Shown one piece after another: positions 9,153 through 18,790 of a stretch of DNA of 64,000 bases; the stretch's first letter is position 1; every line of letters begins with the position of its first letter. This DNA is from Candidatus Omnitrophota bacterium. GTDB lineage: Bacteria > Omnitrophota > Gorgyraeia > B26-G9. The stretch is taken from NCBI GenBank assembly GCA_043826565.1, contig JBDRPX010000012.1, positions 7,974 to 71,973 on the forward strand, given 5' to 3'. The position numbers and the translations under genes are program-made. The notes beneath the pieces were generated by a model. That model was not told the origin of the DNA. It ran no database searches and worked only from the letters and a program-made list of their open reading frames with translations.

Positions 9153-10367
9153 GTGCCGGGATATTTATATAAAGCAAGAGATGAAAAAGGCAAGCTTATA
9201 ACCGGAAATATGATCTGTGTTTCTGAAGAAGATTTAGCGGAAAAATTACGCAAAATGGGGTATATGCCGGTAAGCATTAAAAATTCTTCCGGGAATATTT
9301 CCCGGGAGGGATTGTTAGAGTTTTTTAAAAAGATAAAAAATGAAGACCTGATAATTTTCAATATTCAAATGGCCAATATGCTGGACGCGGGCATTCCTAT
9401 CCTAAAAAGCCTGCGGACGATCTCTTCTCAAATTGAAAATAAAAAACTTAAGGCTATTGTGGAAAAAGTGAGCGCGGATGTGGAAGGAGGAACTTCATTT
9501 TCCGAAGCATTATTGAGGCATCCGGCGGTTTTTTCTCCGTTGTTTACCAATATGGTTAAAGCCGGAGAAGCCAGTGGTAATCTGGATACAGTATTAAACC
9601 GGCTGGCCAAATATGTTGAACAGCAGGAAGAAATTCGCCAGCAGATTAAAAACGCTTTGTTTTATCCGTCAATTTTGGTCTTTGCCGGAGTGAGTGTAAT
9701 TATTTTTATTGTAAGTTTTGTTATGCCGAAATTCGTCGAAATCTTTACCCGTTCTAACGTCGCCTTACCTGTGCCGACCCAAATTCTATATATGACCGGC
9801 ATGATCTTGAAAAATTTCTGGTATTTGGTTCTTTTAGGTTTTGGTGCTCTGGTAATGGGTGCGCGGGTATATATTCGTACAAAAAAAGGAAAAATGCTTG
9901 TTGATCAATATTCGCTAGCCCTTCCGGTTATCGGCCCTTTAGTCAGAAAAACAATTATCGCGCGTTTTACCAGAACGCTTTCCACATTGCTGGAGAGCGG
10001 AGTCCCGATTCTGCAGGCAATGGATATCTTACAAAATGTTGTGGGCAATAGTGTGATTAGCCTGGTCGTTAAGAACGCGCGTAGTAGCATTGAAAACGGA
10101 GAAAGAATCGCGCCTTCTTTGCAATTGAGTGGAGAATTCCCCCAGGATGCGGTGCAAATGATCGCGATCGGAGAGGAAGCCGGATCCTTGGATCATATGC
10201 TGGCGAAGATCGCGGATTTTTACGATACATCTGTTGGCTATGCGATTAAAAAACTTACGGCATTGATCGAGCCGGCTTTTTTAGTGATTATGGGGGCAAT
10301 GGTTGGCTTTATTATGGCCTCAATGTTATTGCCGATTTTTGATATGGTGAAAACTATTCATAATTAA
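9153..10367 (+). CDS. pilC: Type IV pilus/T2SS inner-membrane platform protein (PilC/GspF)
   Basis: Two T2SSF repeats (GEASGNLD, GEEAGSLD), ALFYP, LIEP, LPIF. Confidence 0.92.
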   Translation: MPGYLYKARDEKGKLITGNMICVSEEDLAEKLRKMGYMPVSIKNSSGNISREGLLEFFKKIKNEDLIIFNIQMANMLDAGIPILKSLRTISSQIENKKLKAIVEKVSADVEGGTSFSEALLRHPAVFSPLFTNMVKAGEASGNLDTVLNRLAKYVEQQEEIRQQIKNALFYPSILVFAGVSVIIFIVSFVMPKFVEIFTRSNVALPVPTQILYMTGMILKNFWYLVLLGFGALVMGARVYIRTKKGKMLVDQYSLALPVIGPLVRKTIIARFTRTLSTLLESGVPILQAMDILQNVVGNSVISLVVKNARSSIENGERIAPSLQLSGEFPQDAVQMIAIGEEAGSLDHMLAKIADFYDTSVGYAIKKLTALIEPAFLVIMGAMVGFIMASMLLPIFDMVKTIHN

Positions 10368-10380
10368 GGAAAGGGGGAAT

Positions 10381-10445
10381 CAATTAGCAATTATCAATGA
10401 TCAGTTAGCAGTTAACATTTTAAAATTAAAATTTAACAATTAACA
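10381..10445 (+). repeat. Heptamer-periodic intergenic repeat (CAATTAR-like, 9 units)
   Basis: caattag caattat caatgat cagttag cagttaa catttta aaattaa aatttaa caattaa. Confidence 0.8.
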
Positions 10446-10465
10446 CAAAAGGAAGGGAGGAAGTT

Positions 10466-10915
10466 ATGTTTAAGGGAAGAAAGGGTTTTACGATAATTGA
10501 ATTACTTGTGGTGATTATGGTTATTGCTATTCTTGTGGGAATCGCGATCCCTCGTTTTAAAGGGGTACAGGATGAGGCGAATATTTCTAAGGCCAAAGCA
10601 GAATTAAAAGTTCTTCAGACCGCTGTGGAATCCTACTATATGAACCAGACACCGAATGCTTATCCTGCGACTTCGACGACGATTTGCGCCAGTTCCTTAA
10701 ATGCCGCGTCTCCGCAGATTGTCGCGGAAGTATTACAGGATCCGTTTCGTTCAGCAGCGGAATATGTTTTTAGACGCTCAAGCAACGGGAGTTATTACGT
10801 GATCTACTCTTACGGGGCTGACCGCGCGCAGGATATTACCGGGATCGGTACTACCGGAGTTTTAACCGGGACAAATGATGATGATATTTATGCGACGAAT
10901 GGCTCGGGATTTTAA
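10466..10915 (+). CDS. Type IV pilin / GspG-like major (pseudo)pilin
   Basis: KG|FTIIELLVVI prepilin motif; DPF..Y and YSYGAD GspG-like tail. Confidence 0.88.
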   Translation: MFKGRKGFTIIELLVVIMVIAILVGIAIPRFKGVQDEANISKAKAELKVLQTAVESYYMNQTPNAYPATSTTICASSLNAASPQIVAEVLQDPFRSAAEYVFRRSSNGSYYVIYSYGADRAQDITGIGTTGVLTGTNDDDIYATNGSGF

Positions 10916-10975
10916 CGATCAGTAAAAGATCGGCCAATGTCTCATAGCTGATGGTCGATGGACAAATTGAATAGT

Positions 10976-11000
10976 GTAGGGACAGGCCTGGGGCCTGTCC
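10976..11000 (+). repeat. GTAG-type REP-like palindrome
   Basis: GTAG-GGACAGGC-CTGGG-GCCTGTCC. Confidence 0.55.
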
Positions 11001-11014
11001 GGAGAGGGTTTGTT

Positions 11015-11383
11015 ATGAGGAAAACAGGGAATGGTTTTACGCTCGTCGAAATGCTGGTGACCATAACTATCTTAGTGACCGGAGTGGTTGTGACTCTCCA
11101 GATGATGAGTATTGGGATGTTTTCCTCGACAGTTTCTGAGAATGAAATTATTGCCTTGCGGCTGGCACAGGAAAAAATGGAAGAAATAAAAGATGCTGAT
11201 TACGTGGGCATCAATGGTTTTTCATTAAGCCGGACTAACCTGGGCGGAGATTTCGCGGATTTTGACCGGGCAGTTACAGTTTCCGGGGACCCGAAGCAGG
11301 TGGATGTTACAGTTTATTGGGACGCCAAAGGACAGGAGCAAAATATTGTATTAACGACATTATGTTCGGACTATGATTATTAG
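11015..11383 (+). CDS. Minor pilin, PilV/GspI-like
   Basis: G|FTLVEML; ALRLAQEKMEEIK; VDVTVYW. Confidence 0.85.
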   Translation: MRKTGNGFTLVEMLVTITILVTGVVVTLQMMSIGMFSSTVSENEIIALRLAQEKMEEIKDADYVGINGFSLSRTNLGGDFADFDRAVTVSGDPKQVDVTVYWDAKGQEQNIVLTTLCSDYDY

Positions 11384-11390
11384 GTGGCGA

Positions 11391-11532
11391 AATCAAAAAT
11401 CAAAAGTCAAAATGCAAAATGACAAAGTAGAATTAAAAAAGAATTAAAGATTTAAAACAATAAAATTTTTAAAGATATGTTGAGCAAGTTTATAGAGTTA
11501 AATGTTTTTTGAATTTTGAATGACATTTTGAT
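11391..11532 (+). repeat. Heptamer-periodic palindromic element (CAAAART ... TTTTGA family)
   Basis: caaaaat caaaagt caaaatg caaaat left arm; ttttgaa ttttgaa tgacattttga right arm. Confidence 0.75.
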
Positions 11533-11565
11533 CTAAGAACAGGAACTTAAGGCGGAGATTTTTTT

Positions 11566-12072
11566 ATGAATAATCGCGGGCTGACTCTTATGGAATTGCT
11601 GGTAGTAATTATGCTGCTTGCTATTTTAGTAGGAACAATAGGCTATGTTTTTATTACGGGGTTAAACCTGTGGAGCCAGGGATACGCGCGTTCGGATATT
11701 CGTTTTCGCTTGAGCCAGGCTATAGAGCTGATAACCAGACAACTGCGCCAGGCGGTTAGTATTGATTCTTTGAATCAGAGCAGTATTACTTTCACGGCTG
11801 ATCTAGGGGCAGGAGATAGTTCGTATAGGGTTTATTTATATAATTCCGCGGATCCGGAACCAAATCCTCCGTATACCCAGAGCACCTATGAGCTTCGTTG
11901 GGCGAGCGGAGCCGGAGGCTATGGAACCGGCGCGGTAATCGCGTCGGATATTATTCAGCCGGTAAGCGCGGTATTTAGTCAAAGCAATAATATTATTAGT
12001 ATTGATTTAACTGTTTCCCGGCAGGGAGAAACAATTAGGATGCGGTCTAAGGTAAGGCCGAGGAACTTGTAA
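11566..12072 (+). CDS. Minor pilin, PilW/GspJ-like
   Basis: RG|LTLMELL; C-terminal VRPRN motif. Confidence 0.85.
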   Translation: MNNRGLTLMELLVVIMLLAILVGTIGYVFITGLNLWSQGYARSDIRFRLSQAIELITRQLRQAVSIDSLNQSSITFTADLGAGDSSYRVYLYNSADPEPNPPYTQSTYELRWASGAGGYGTGAVIASDIIQPVSAVFSQSNNIISIDLTVSRQGETIRMRSKVRPRNL

Positions 12073-12073
12073 A

Positions 12074-12104
12074 AAGTCTCAGGTCGCAAGTCTCAAGTTA
12101 CAAG
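12074..12104 (+). repeat. Heptamer tandem repeat (AAGTCTC-like x4)
   Basis: aagtctc aggtcgc aagtctc aagttac aag. Confidence 0.7.
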
Positions 12105-12162
12105 GAAAAGATAAAAACATTACACAAAAAAGGTTGTTAATACTAAAAAGAGGATCACAGTA

Positions 12163-13245
12163 ATGAAGGCTGAATGTGTAGACCAAAATATGAATAATAA
12201 TAAGGGAGTGGCTTTAATTCTGACGTTTATGATAATGACGGCGCTCATTATCATTGTGGCCGCGTATTTATTTTTAATTGTCGGCGGAGCCAGGCTGGTT
12301 AATGCTCAAGTCAATTCCACGCAAGCTTTATATTTGAGTGAAGCGGGTTTAAATAAAGCAATATGGTATTTATTAAATACTGCTCCGGATGGTTCAACAG
12401 ATGGGTCTTGGCGGACCAGCGCTTATCCGGCTGTCCCCGGAACCGGAGGAAATGATCCGCAGCAGGAAACCCTGGGAGCGGGAACATATACATTATGGGT
12501 AGAAAATTCCGGCAGTAATATTTTAATTACCGGCCGGGGAACAATAAATAATACGGAACGTATTATTCAGCAGGAAATTTCTTTAACTCCGGGGATCCCC
12601 GAGGCTTTTATGTATGTACAGCATAGCGGTAATAACACCAATATGAATAACACCGGAGGAACGATCACTGGAGATATTAGCGTGGGAGGGAATTTTAATT
12701 ATGGAGGCGGCCTTTCGGTCGTCGGAACGATAACCGAAGATTCTGATGTGGTAACTCCGGCCGTAAGTATGAGTGATTACGCGGCTATTGCCGGTAGTAC
12801 GGTAAGCGGGAATAAGACGTTTACCTCAGGCACATATAGCGGCATTTGGTATATAAGCGGTAATGTTACGATTGACGATGATGTTATTTTTAACGGAACG
12901 ATTATTGCCGCAGGCAATATCAGCATGACCAATAGCGATAATATAACCATAACCCATGCCGGGTCATATCCGGCTTTGGTTTCCGGAGGAGATATAACCG
13001 GCAATAATATGGCAGACTGCAGTATTACCGGATTAATATATGCCGCGAATAATATAACGCTGAATAATAATGAAGACGGAGAGATCAATGGAACGCTTAT
13101 CGCCGGGAATAACCTGATCCTTAATAATGGAGAAGGCCTGGTAATTAATTACGATGAAACTATCCGCACAGCTTGTCCGCCTTATTTTTCCGGAGGGGAA
13201 GAGTATACGATCAGCGCGATAAGCGGAAGCTGGACGGAGCTTTAA
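12163..13245 (+). CDS. Minor pilin, PilX/GspK-like with beta-helical C-terminus
   Basis: KG|VALIL (no Glu5), ALYLSEAGL, repeated GxIxAxxNIxxxN, terminal SWTE. Confidence 0.85.
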   Translation: MKAECVDQNMNNNKGVALILTFMIMTALIIIVAAYLFLIVGGARLVNAQVNSTQALYLSEAGLNKAIWYLLNTAPDGSTDGSWRTSAYPAVPGTGGNDPQQETLGAGTYTLWVENSGSNILITGRGTINNTERIIQQEISLTPGIPEAFMYVQHSGNNTNMNNTGGTITGDISVGGNFNYGGGLSVVGTITEDSDVVTPAVSMSDYAAIAGSTVSGNKTFTSGTYSGIWYISGNVTIDDDVIFNGTIIAAGNISMTNSDNITITHAGSYPALVSGGDITGNNMADCSITGLIYAANNITLNNNEDGEINGTLIAGNNLILNNGEGLVINYDETIRTACPPYFSGGEEYTISAISGSWTEL

Positions 13246-13269
13246 TCAGGCAAAGAAAGAAGACGGGAT

Positions 13270-14871
13270 ATGTTAAAAAAACAATTAAACTCATTAATCG
13301 GACATTTGCCGAAGCGGATTCTTAAAGGGTGGGCGGATAAGCAGGCTTTAATCGGAATAGACATCGGCAAGACTTCAATTAAAGCGGTCCGGGTTAAAAA
13401 GTCCGGAGCAATTACGACATTGACCAAAACAGCGGTTGTGGACATAGATAGCCCCGGAGACAGGGGGGCTATTGTTCAGGCTCTAAAAAGTGTTATGGCA
13501 AAACTAAAGCCGGAGTCAGATAAAATTGTTTTTGTTCTGAACAGCCCGCAAGTCAGCGCCCGGAAAATTAATGCTCCGCATATGCCGAAAAAAGAATTAG
13601 CCGAGGCTGTCCGCTGGGCAATAAAAAATATTATACCGTTTAGCTTAGATGACGCGTATATGGATTTTTCGGTTGGCCCGGAAGTAAAAGATCCGGAGAC
13701 CCGGAAATTGAATATATCCGTGGGAGCGGTTCCCCAGGAAACAATTGAAGAGTTTTTGGATATTTTTAAACAAGCGGGAATCAGCCTAACGGCAATAATT
13801 CCGGCTTTTTCCGCCCTGCGGTATATCGCGAAACAGCGGGCTAATTCCGGAAAGGTTATCGCGGTTATTGAAATGGGCGCGGGAATAACGGATTTGATTA
13901 TTTACAAAAATTCATGCTTGGAATTTGCCAGAAAAATTCCCATGTCCGGACAAGATATAACCAACAGCTTGACCGGAGCTTTGATCACGGACCATGGCCG
14001 TATACAGCTAAGCGCTGGAGAAGCGGAAAAAGTTAAATGCTGTTATGGGATCCCCAAAGAAGGATATATCGAGGTCAATGACGGAAAAATTTCCAGCACA
14101 CAGGTTGTCGCTTTAATGCGAACAATAGTAGAGAAGCTGATTGATGAGATAGAACGGTCTTTTGATTATTACCGGGAAGAATCCCGCGGCGGGAGTGTCG
14201 ACAAGATTATTTTGCTGGGGGGAGGGTCGCGGCTTAAAGGATTAGCGGAAGTATTGAAAGAAGGCCTGAATATGGAAGTCAGCATGGGGGATGTTTTTGA
14301 CGGCATGGACGCGCCTTCGGATATTCACAATCTGGAAATGGCTCTCGGATCGGTATGGGATGAGGGAAAAACGATTAACCTCTTGCCGGAAATGATGAGG
14401 CATCGGCCGCAAAGTTTACTGGAGAAAGTTTCCATATCCGGCGGAACCACACTTATTATCGGGCTGCTGGTGTTGGGATTTATGGGGATGAAAATAAATG
14501 ATACTGCCTATGACAAACAATTGCAGGCGGCGCGCGTAGAGTATGGAGCAATTGCTCTCGGGCTGCGCAATCTTAAGGGTACGCTTTTGGCTAATCAGAT
14601 TTTTCAAGACAAGCCGTACTGGGAAGATGTGTTAAAGGAGCTGAGCAATGTTCTTCCGGCTAATATTCACCTTACCGGAGTAAGTCTAAAAGAAAAAAAA
14701 ATATACTTACAGGGGATGATTCAGCTTGAATATAAAAACGAAGCAACCTTGACTAAATTCATGCTTTTGCTGGAGGAGGGGATTTTTAAGAATGTAACTC
14801 TTGTGAAAACGCAAAAAATATCTCCGGAAGTACCGGAGGCAGAGTTTGAAATTAAAGCGGAAATTGATTAA
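13270..14871 (+). CDS. pilM: Fused PilM (actin-like)-PilN alignment protein
   Basis: IGIDIGKTSIK, EIERSFDYY, LLGGGSRLKG, then INLLP + TM + LKELSNVLP PilN domain. Confidence 0.85.
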   Translation: MLKKQLNSLIGHLPKRILKGWADKQALIGIDIGKTSIKAVRVKKSGAITTLTKTAVVDIDSPGDRGAIVQALKSVMAKLKPESDKIVFVLNSPQVSARKINAPHMPKKELAEAVRWAIKNIIPFSLDDAYMDFSVGPEVKDPETRKLNISVGAVPQETIEEFLDIFKQAGISLTAIIPAFSALRYIAKQRANSGKVIAVIEMGAGITDLIIYKNSCLEFARKIPMSGQDITNSLTGALITDHGRIQLSAGEAEKVKCCYGIPKEGYIEVNDGKISSTQVVALMRTIVEKLIDEIERSFDYYREESRGGSVDKIILLGGGSRLKGLAEVLKEGLNMEVSMGDVFDGMDAPSDIHNLEMALGSVWDEGKTINLLPEMMRHRPQSLLEKVSISGGTTLIIGLLVLGFMGMKINDTAYDKQLQAARVEYGAIALGLRNLKGTLLANQIFQDKPYWEDVLKELSNVLPANIHLTGVSLKEKKIYLQGMIQLEYKNEATLTKFMLLLEEGIFKNVTLVKTQKISPEVPEAEFEIKAEID

Positions 14872-14910
14872 ACGGATGATCTTTAATGCTTAGGGAATAA
14901 TATGGGGTGA

Positions 14911-15444
14911 ATGATGAAAAAAATTTTAGCGAATAAAAAGATGCTTAATGGTGTCGCCGCCGGAGGCGTATTATTGGCACTTTGTTTATTACTTTATTTT
15001 GTGCATTTTCCTCTTTGGCGGGAAGTTAAGGAAAAGAAAGCGGAACTGGCCGGGTTAAATAGTAAATTGAATGACGCGCGCACAATACTGGATTCTTTTA
15101 AAAAAACAGCGAATACAAAAAAACTCCTGCCGCGAAAAAAAATATCCTATGCTATCGATGAACTTACCAGGATTGGCACTAGTTATAATATTAGTTTTAT
15201 TTCCATGAGCCCGGAAGGGGTAGTTAACGCAGAAGGGACAGAGTATTCGGTTATGCCGATTGCCTTGAGCATGGTGGGATCATACGAAGATATTGGAAAG
15301 TTTATCGGCGCATTGGAGCAATCAGATCAGATTATCGCGGCGGTAAGCCATTTTGATTTAGCCGAGAACAAAATAAATTCCGGAAAAATAAACGCGAATA
15401 TGGTGATCAACTTATATCTGCAAAAACTGCAGGAAGATGTTTAA
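14911..15444 (+). CDS. pilO: PilO/GspM-like alignment protein
   Basis: TM, coiled coil, PIALSMVGSYEDIGKFIGALE. Confidence 0.8.
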   Translation: MMKKILANKKMLNGVAAGGVLLALCLLLYFVHFPLWREVKEKKAELAGLNSKLNDARTILDSFKKTANTKKLLPRKKISYAIDELTRIGTSYNISFISMSPEGVVNAEGTEYSVMPIALSMVGSYEDIGKFIGALEQSDQIIAAVSHFDLAENKINSGKINANMVINLYLQKLQEDV

Positions 15445-15452
15445 ACTGAAAG

Positions 15453-16007
15453 GTGTTTATGATTATTAAAAATAAACTAAGCATTTTGGTGGTTGATGAC
15501 AGCGCGACTATTCGTGAAACAATTGTCGGGCAGTTGCTTGCTCTGGGGTATGTTGCGCAAGGAGTTCCTTCCGCGGAAGAAGCAGAAAAGTTATTGTCTG
15601 AGGCAGATTTTGATATATTGTTTTTGGATATTAAGCTTAGCGGAATAGACGGGATGACATATCTGGAAACGATCAGGCAGTCTAAGGCTAATATTGCGGT
15701 TATTATAATGACGGCTTTTGAGTCCCCCAAAACAGCAGTCGAAGCAATTGAAAAAGGAGCCTGTGATTATTTGATTAAGCCGATTCAGGGAAAGCATTTA
15801 GAACTGATAATTCTTCGGGCATTAAGGCGCCGGCAGTTAGAGCGGGAGCGTAAAGACGCGATTGAGAAACGAATTAACGCATTGCTTTCATACACAAAAG
15901 ATACCCGAGATATGAAACTGGCAATTAATGCTCTTAAGCTGGAAGTGAATAATCTACTCATAGAGCTTGGGCAGCAGCCAAAGTACACGGTAATAGAAGA
16001 AGTTTAA
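15453..16007 (+). CDS. Response regulator with coiled-coil tail
   Basis: ILVVDDS, FLDIKL, YLIKP; tail LKLEVNNLLIELGQQPKY. Confidence 0.88.
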   Translation: MFMIIKNKLSILVVDDSATIRETIVGQLLALGYVAQGVPSAEEAEKLLSEADFDILFLDIKLSGIDGMTYLETIRQSKANIAVIIMTAFESPKTAVEAIEKGACDYLIKPIQGKHLELIILRALRRRQLERERKDAIEKRINALLSYTKDTRDMKLAINALKLEVNNLLIELGQQPKYTVIEEV

Positions 16008-16076
16008 TAAGACATCCTATAAAGATCAGGTATAATTTGAATGATATTATACCTAAAAATTATACCGGAGGTGACC

Positions 16077-16547
16077 ATGGATAAAGAAAAAAAATTAAAA
16101 ATCGCAATTCCGATCCTTATACTCATTATGATCGGGGTATATTCACCGGTATTAAAAAATTCACGGGTTCGCCCTGATTCTTTGGTTCAGGAAAATCCTA
16201 ATGTTGCGGAAACTTTTGCCGGTGAAGAAGAATTTACCAATTTTTCTGATTTAGCGGGTATTCAGCGTCAGCATTCGCGAAGTAAATATCAGCAATGGAA
16301 GAGAGACCCTTTTGCGGAATATTCTGATGTTTCTCAGAGCGGCATCCCCCGGCTTCACGGGATAGTTTGGGATAGCCAGAAGCCCAAAGCCATAATCAAT
16401 GAAACTATCGCGGGAATCGGAGATACAGTCGCCGGAGTAATGATCATCGATATACAGAAATCTAAAGTATTAGTAAATAATGGAGAAAAGAACATAGAAT
16501 TAAAGGTTTATAAGCCGAAACAAGACAGTAAAGTGGAAAATAACTAA
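16077..16547 (+). CDS. PilP/GspB-like periplasmic protein
   Basis: TM, RDPF motif, LHGIVW..AIIN..GD; ATG 16077 after GGAGG. Confidence 0.72.
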   Translation: MDKEKKLKIAIPILILIMIGVYSPVLKNSRVRPDSLVQENPNVAETFAGEEEFTNFSDLAGIQRQHSRSKYQQWKRDPFAEYSDVSQSGIPRLHGIVWDSQKPKAIINETIAGIGDTVAGVMIIDIQKSKVLVNNGEKNIELKVYKPKQDSKVENN

Positions 16548-16574
16548 TAATACATGCTATAATTGCCCAAATGT

Positions 16575-16625
16575 TTGACATATTGCATAAAATAGTATAT
16601 AATAGTATATAGAGAGTATGCAATA
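16575..16625 (+). promoter_or_regulatory. Consensus sigma70 promoter with flanking inverted repeat
   Basis: TTGACA-17-TATAAT; TATTGCATA(16581)..TATGCAATA(16617). Confidence 0.7.
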
Positions 16626-16654
16626 AATATAAAAACGCATACTATTGAATAATA

Positions 16655-18346
16655 GTGGATAAGATGGTGATAAGAATGGAAAAAGCAAGAATTCTGGTTA
16701 TTGATGATGAATCGGTTATTCGCCAATTACTGCTGCGTACTTTGCGTGATAAGGGGTATGATGTCGAGATCGCCGAAGACGGTAATCGGGCCATGGAGAA
16801 AATTAACGGCAGTATTTTTAACCTGCTCATTACTGATTTAAGAATGCCTAAGATTGGCGGTATGGAAGTGTTGGAGAAGATAAAGAAAACAAATCCTTAT
16901 GTGGAAGTTATGATCATAACCGGCTACCCGACGATAGAAGCCGCGGTCGCGGCAATTAAGATCGGCGCGTATGATTTTATTTGCAAACCGTTTGATTTAA
17001 AAGAAATCCAGCATAAAGTAGAGCTTTGTTTAGAGCGCCAAAAACAAAACATGAATAGGATCCAGGTAAGTGAGCTGGCCGCATTATTCGAATTGACGAA
17101 AGCAAGTATTTGTGTAAATTCAGAAGCGCACTTAGAGGAGCGGATCTTAACAACAGCATTAGAAATTACTTCTGCCGAACACGGGGCTTTATATTTATTT
17201 GATAAAGCCGGGAAGAATTTAAATATAGTTATAAATCAAAGTATCGGCGGAGAGGTAAGCTGGCATAATAAAATGAAGCTTAATGAAAAAGTTCTGGCGC
17301 AATGGGCTAAAAAAGGCGAGTCAATGTTAATTACCAATACAGATAAGGATGAGCAATGTAAAGATATTTTTCTTGCCGAAGAAAAACCGAAGTCTTTAAT
17401 TGTCGCGCCGTTAGTCAGCAATCCTTTGCGTTTTGAAGAAAGTATTTTGGGAGTACTTGTTCTCACGCAAACACGATCCAATGAAAATTTTACCAAAAGA
17501 AGCCAGTTATTAACTTCAATCCTGTCCGGGCAGGCGGCAACAATGATCAAAAATCTGGAATTATACCGGGAACTGGAAAAAAAGATCGACGCGCTTAAAA
17601 CTTCACTGCAGGAGCTTCACCAAACACAGGATCAGCTTATTCAGACGGAAAAGTTGTCCTCTGTGGGGCAATTGGCTTTTGGGATCGCGCATGAAATAAG
17701 AAATCCGCTGGGGATTGTCCAGGGCGGCGTGGATTATTTAGGCAGTCTTTTAAATGAAAAAGATAAAGAAATAACCGGGGCCGCGGAGAAAATAAAAAAA
17801 GCTATTGTCCGGGCAAATAATATAATTGTTGATCTGTTAAAATTTTCGCGCAGCTCCAAAATTACCTTGGAGCAGGTTGATATTCCCCGGGTAATCGAGG
17901 AATCCTTGTCATTGCTGAAAAATAAGGCATATTTAGGTAATGTTAAAGTAAAAACAAATTTTCCGGAGGATCTGGGACTTGTTGACGGAGATGCTTCGCT
18001 GCTGCGGCAGGTTTTTTTTAATATCTGTAATAACGCGGTTGACGCGATGCCTCAAGGAGGAGATTTGGTTATTAATGTTATTAATAAAAATGACGTTTCT
18101 TCCCAGGAACCGTCTATTCATATAGAAATAAAAGACACCGGAGAAGGTATCCCGGAAGGTGTTCAGTCAAAAATATTTGTTCCTTTTTTTACGACAAAAG
18201 ATCCCGGAAAAGGTACCGGGCTTGGTTTAAGTATCGTGCATATGATAATTGAACGCCACGGAGGCACGATCCGCGTAGAAAGTGACGGCCAAAAAGGAAC
18301 AACTTTCATTATTGAATTACCGCAATTTAGTATTTCAAAAACATAA
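16655..18346 (+). CDS. Histidine kinase REC-GAF-HisKA-HATPase
   Basis: REC, GAF-like segment, AHEIRNPL, NAVDA, PFFTTK, GTGLGL. Confidence 0.92.
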   Translation: MDKMVIRMEKARILVIDDESVIRQLLLRTLRDKGYDVEIAEDGNRAMEKINGSIFNLLITDLRMPKIGGMEVLEKIKKTNPYVEVMIITGYPTIEAAVAAIKIGAYDFICKPFDLKEIQHKVELCLERQKQNMNRIQVSELAALFELTKASICVNSEAHLEERILTTALEITSAEHGALYLFDKAGKNLNIVINQSIGGEVSWHNKMKLNEKVLAQWAKKGESMLITNTDKDEQCKDIFLAEEKPKSLIVAPLVSNPLRFEESILGVLVLTQTRSNENFTKRSQLLTSILSGQAATMIKNLELYRELEKKIDALKTSLQELHQTQDQLIQTEKLSSVGQLAFGIAHEIRNPLGIVQGGVDYLGSLLNEKDKEITGAAEKIKKAIVRANNIIVDLLKFSRSSKITLEQVDIPRVIEESLSLLKNKAYLGNVKVKTNFPEDLGLVDGDASLLRQVFFNICNNAVDAMPQGGDLVINVINKNDVSSQEPSIHIEIKDTGEGIPEGVQSKIFVPFFTTKDPGKGTGLGLSIVHMIIERHGGTIRVESDGQKGTTFIIELPQFSISKT

Positions 18347-18355
18347 GGAGACATT

Positions 18356-18745
18356 ATGAGTATAAAAAATATTCTTTTAATTGACGACGAGGAAGATTTC
18401 TGTTTTTTTGTAAAACGTAATCTGGAAAGATCCGGAGGATTCGCGGTGCAATATACTACTGATCCGGAACAAGGGATAAAGCTGGCCAAAGACCATGCCC
18501 CGGACGTGATATTGCTGGATATTACGATGCCGAAAAAAGATGGATTGCAGGTATTGGCGGCCTTGAAAAAAGATAAAAAGACAATGGAGATACCCATAAT
18601 CATGCTGACTGCCGTAGAGGATGAATCGGCCAAATTAAGCGCCGCGCGGTATTACAGCGAAGAATATATTATAAAACCGATAACTTTTGAAATGCTTCAA
18701 GAGAGGATAGATGATGTTTTAAAACGTTACGGAAAGGATAAGTAA
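18356..18745 (+). CDS. Single-domain response regulator
   Basis: ILLIDDEEDF, LDITMP, YIIKP. Confidence 0.92.
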   Translation: MSIKNILLIDDEEDFCFFVKRNLERSGGFAVQYTTDPEQGIKLAKDHAPDVILLDITMPKKDGLQVLAALKKDKKTMEIPIIMLTAVEDESAKLSAARYYSEEYIIKPITFEMLQERIDDVLKRYGKDK

Positions 18746-18790
18746 TTTAACCTAACTTAAAGAGCAAATAAAGGAAAGAGGAGGTGTTCA

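Noticed and set aside
12600-13200. Ice-binding (DUF3494) assignment for the PilX C-terminus
   Set aside because: A beta-helix pattern is visible but a specific family or function cannot be supported by eye
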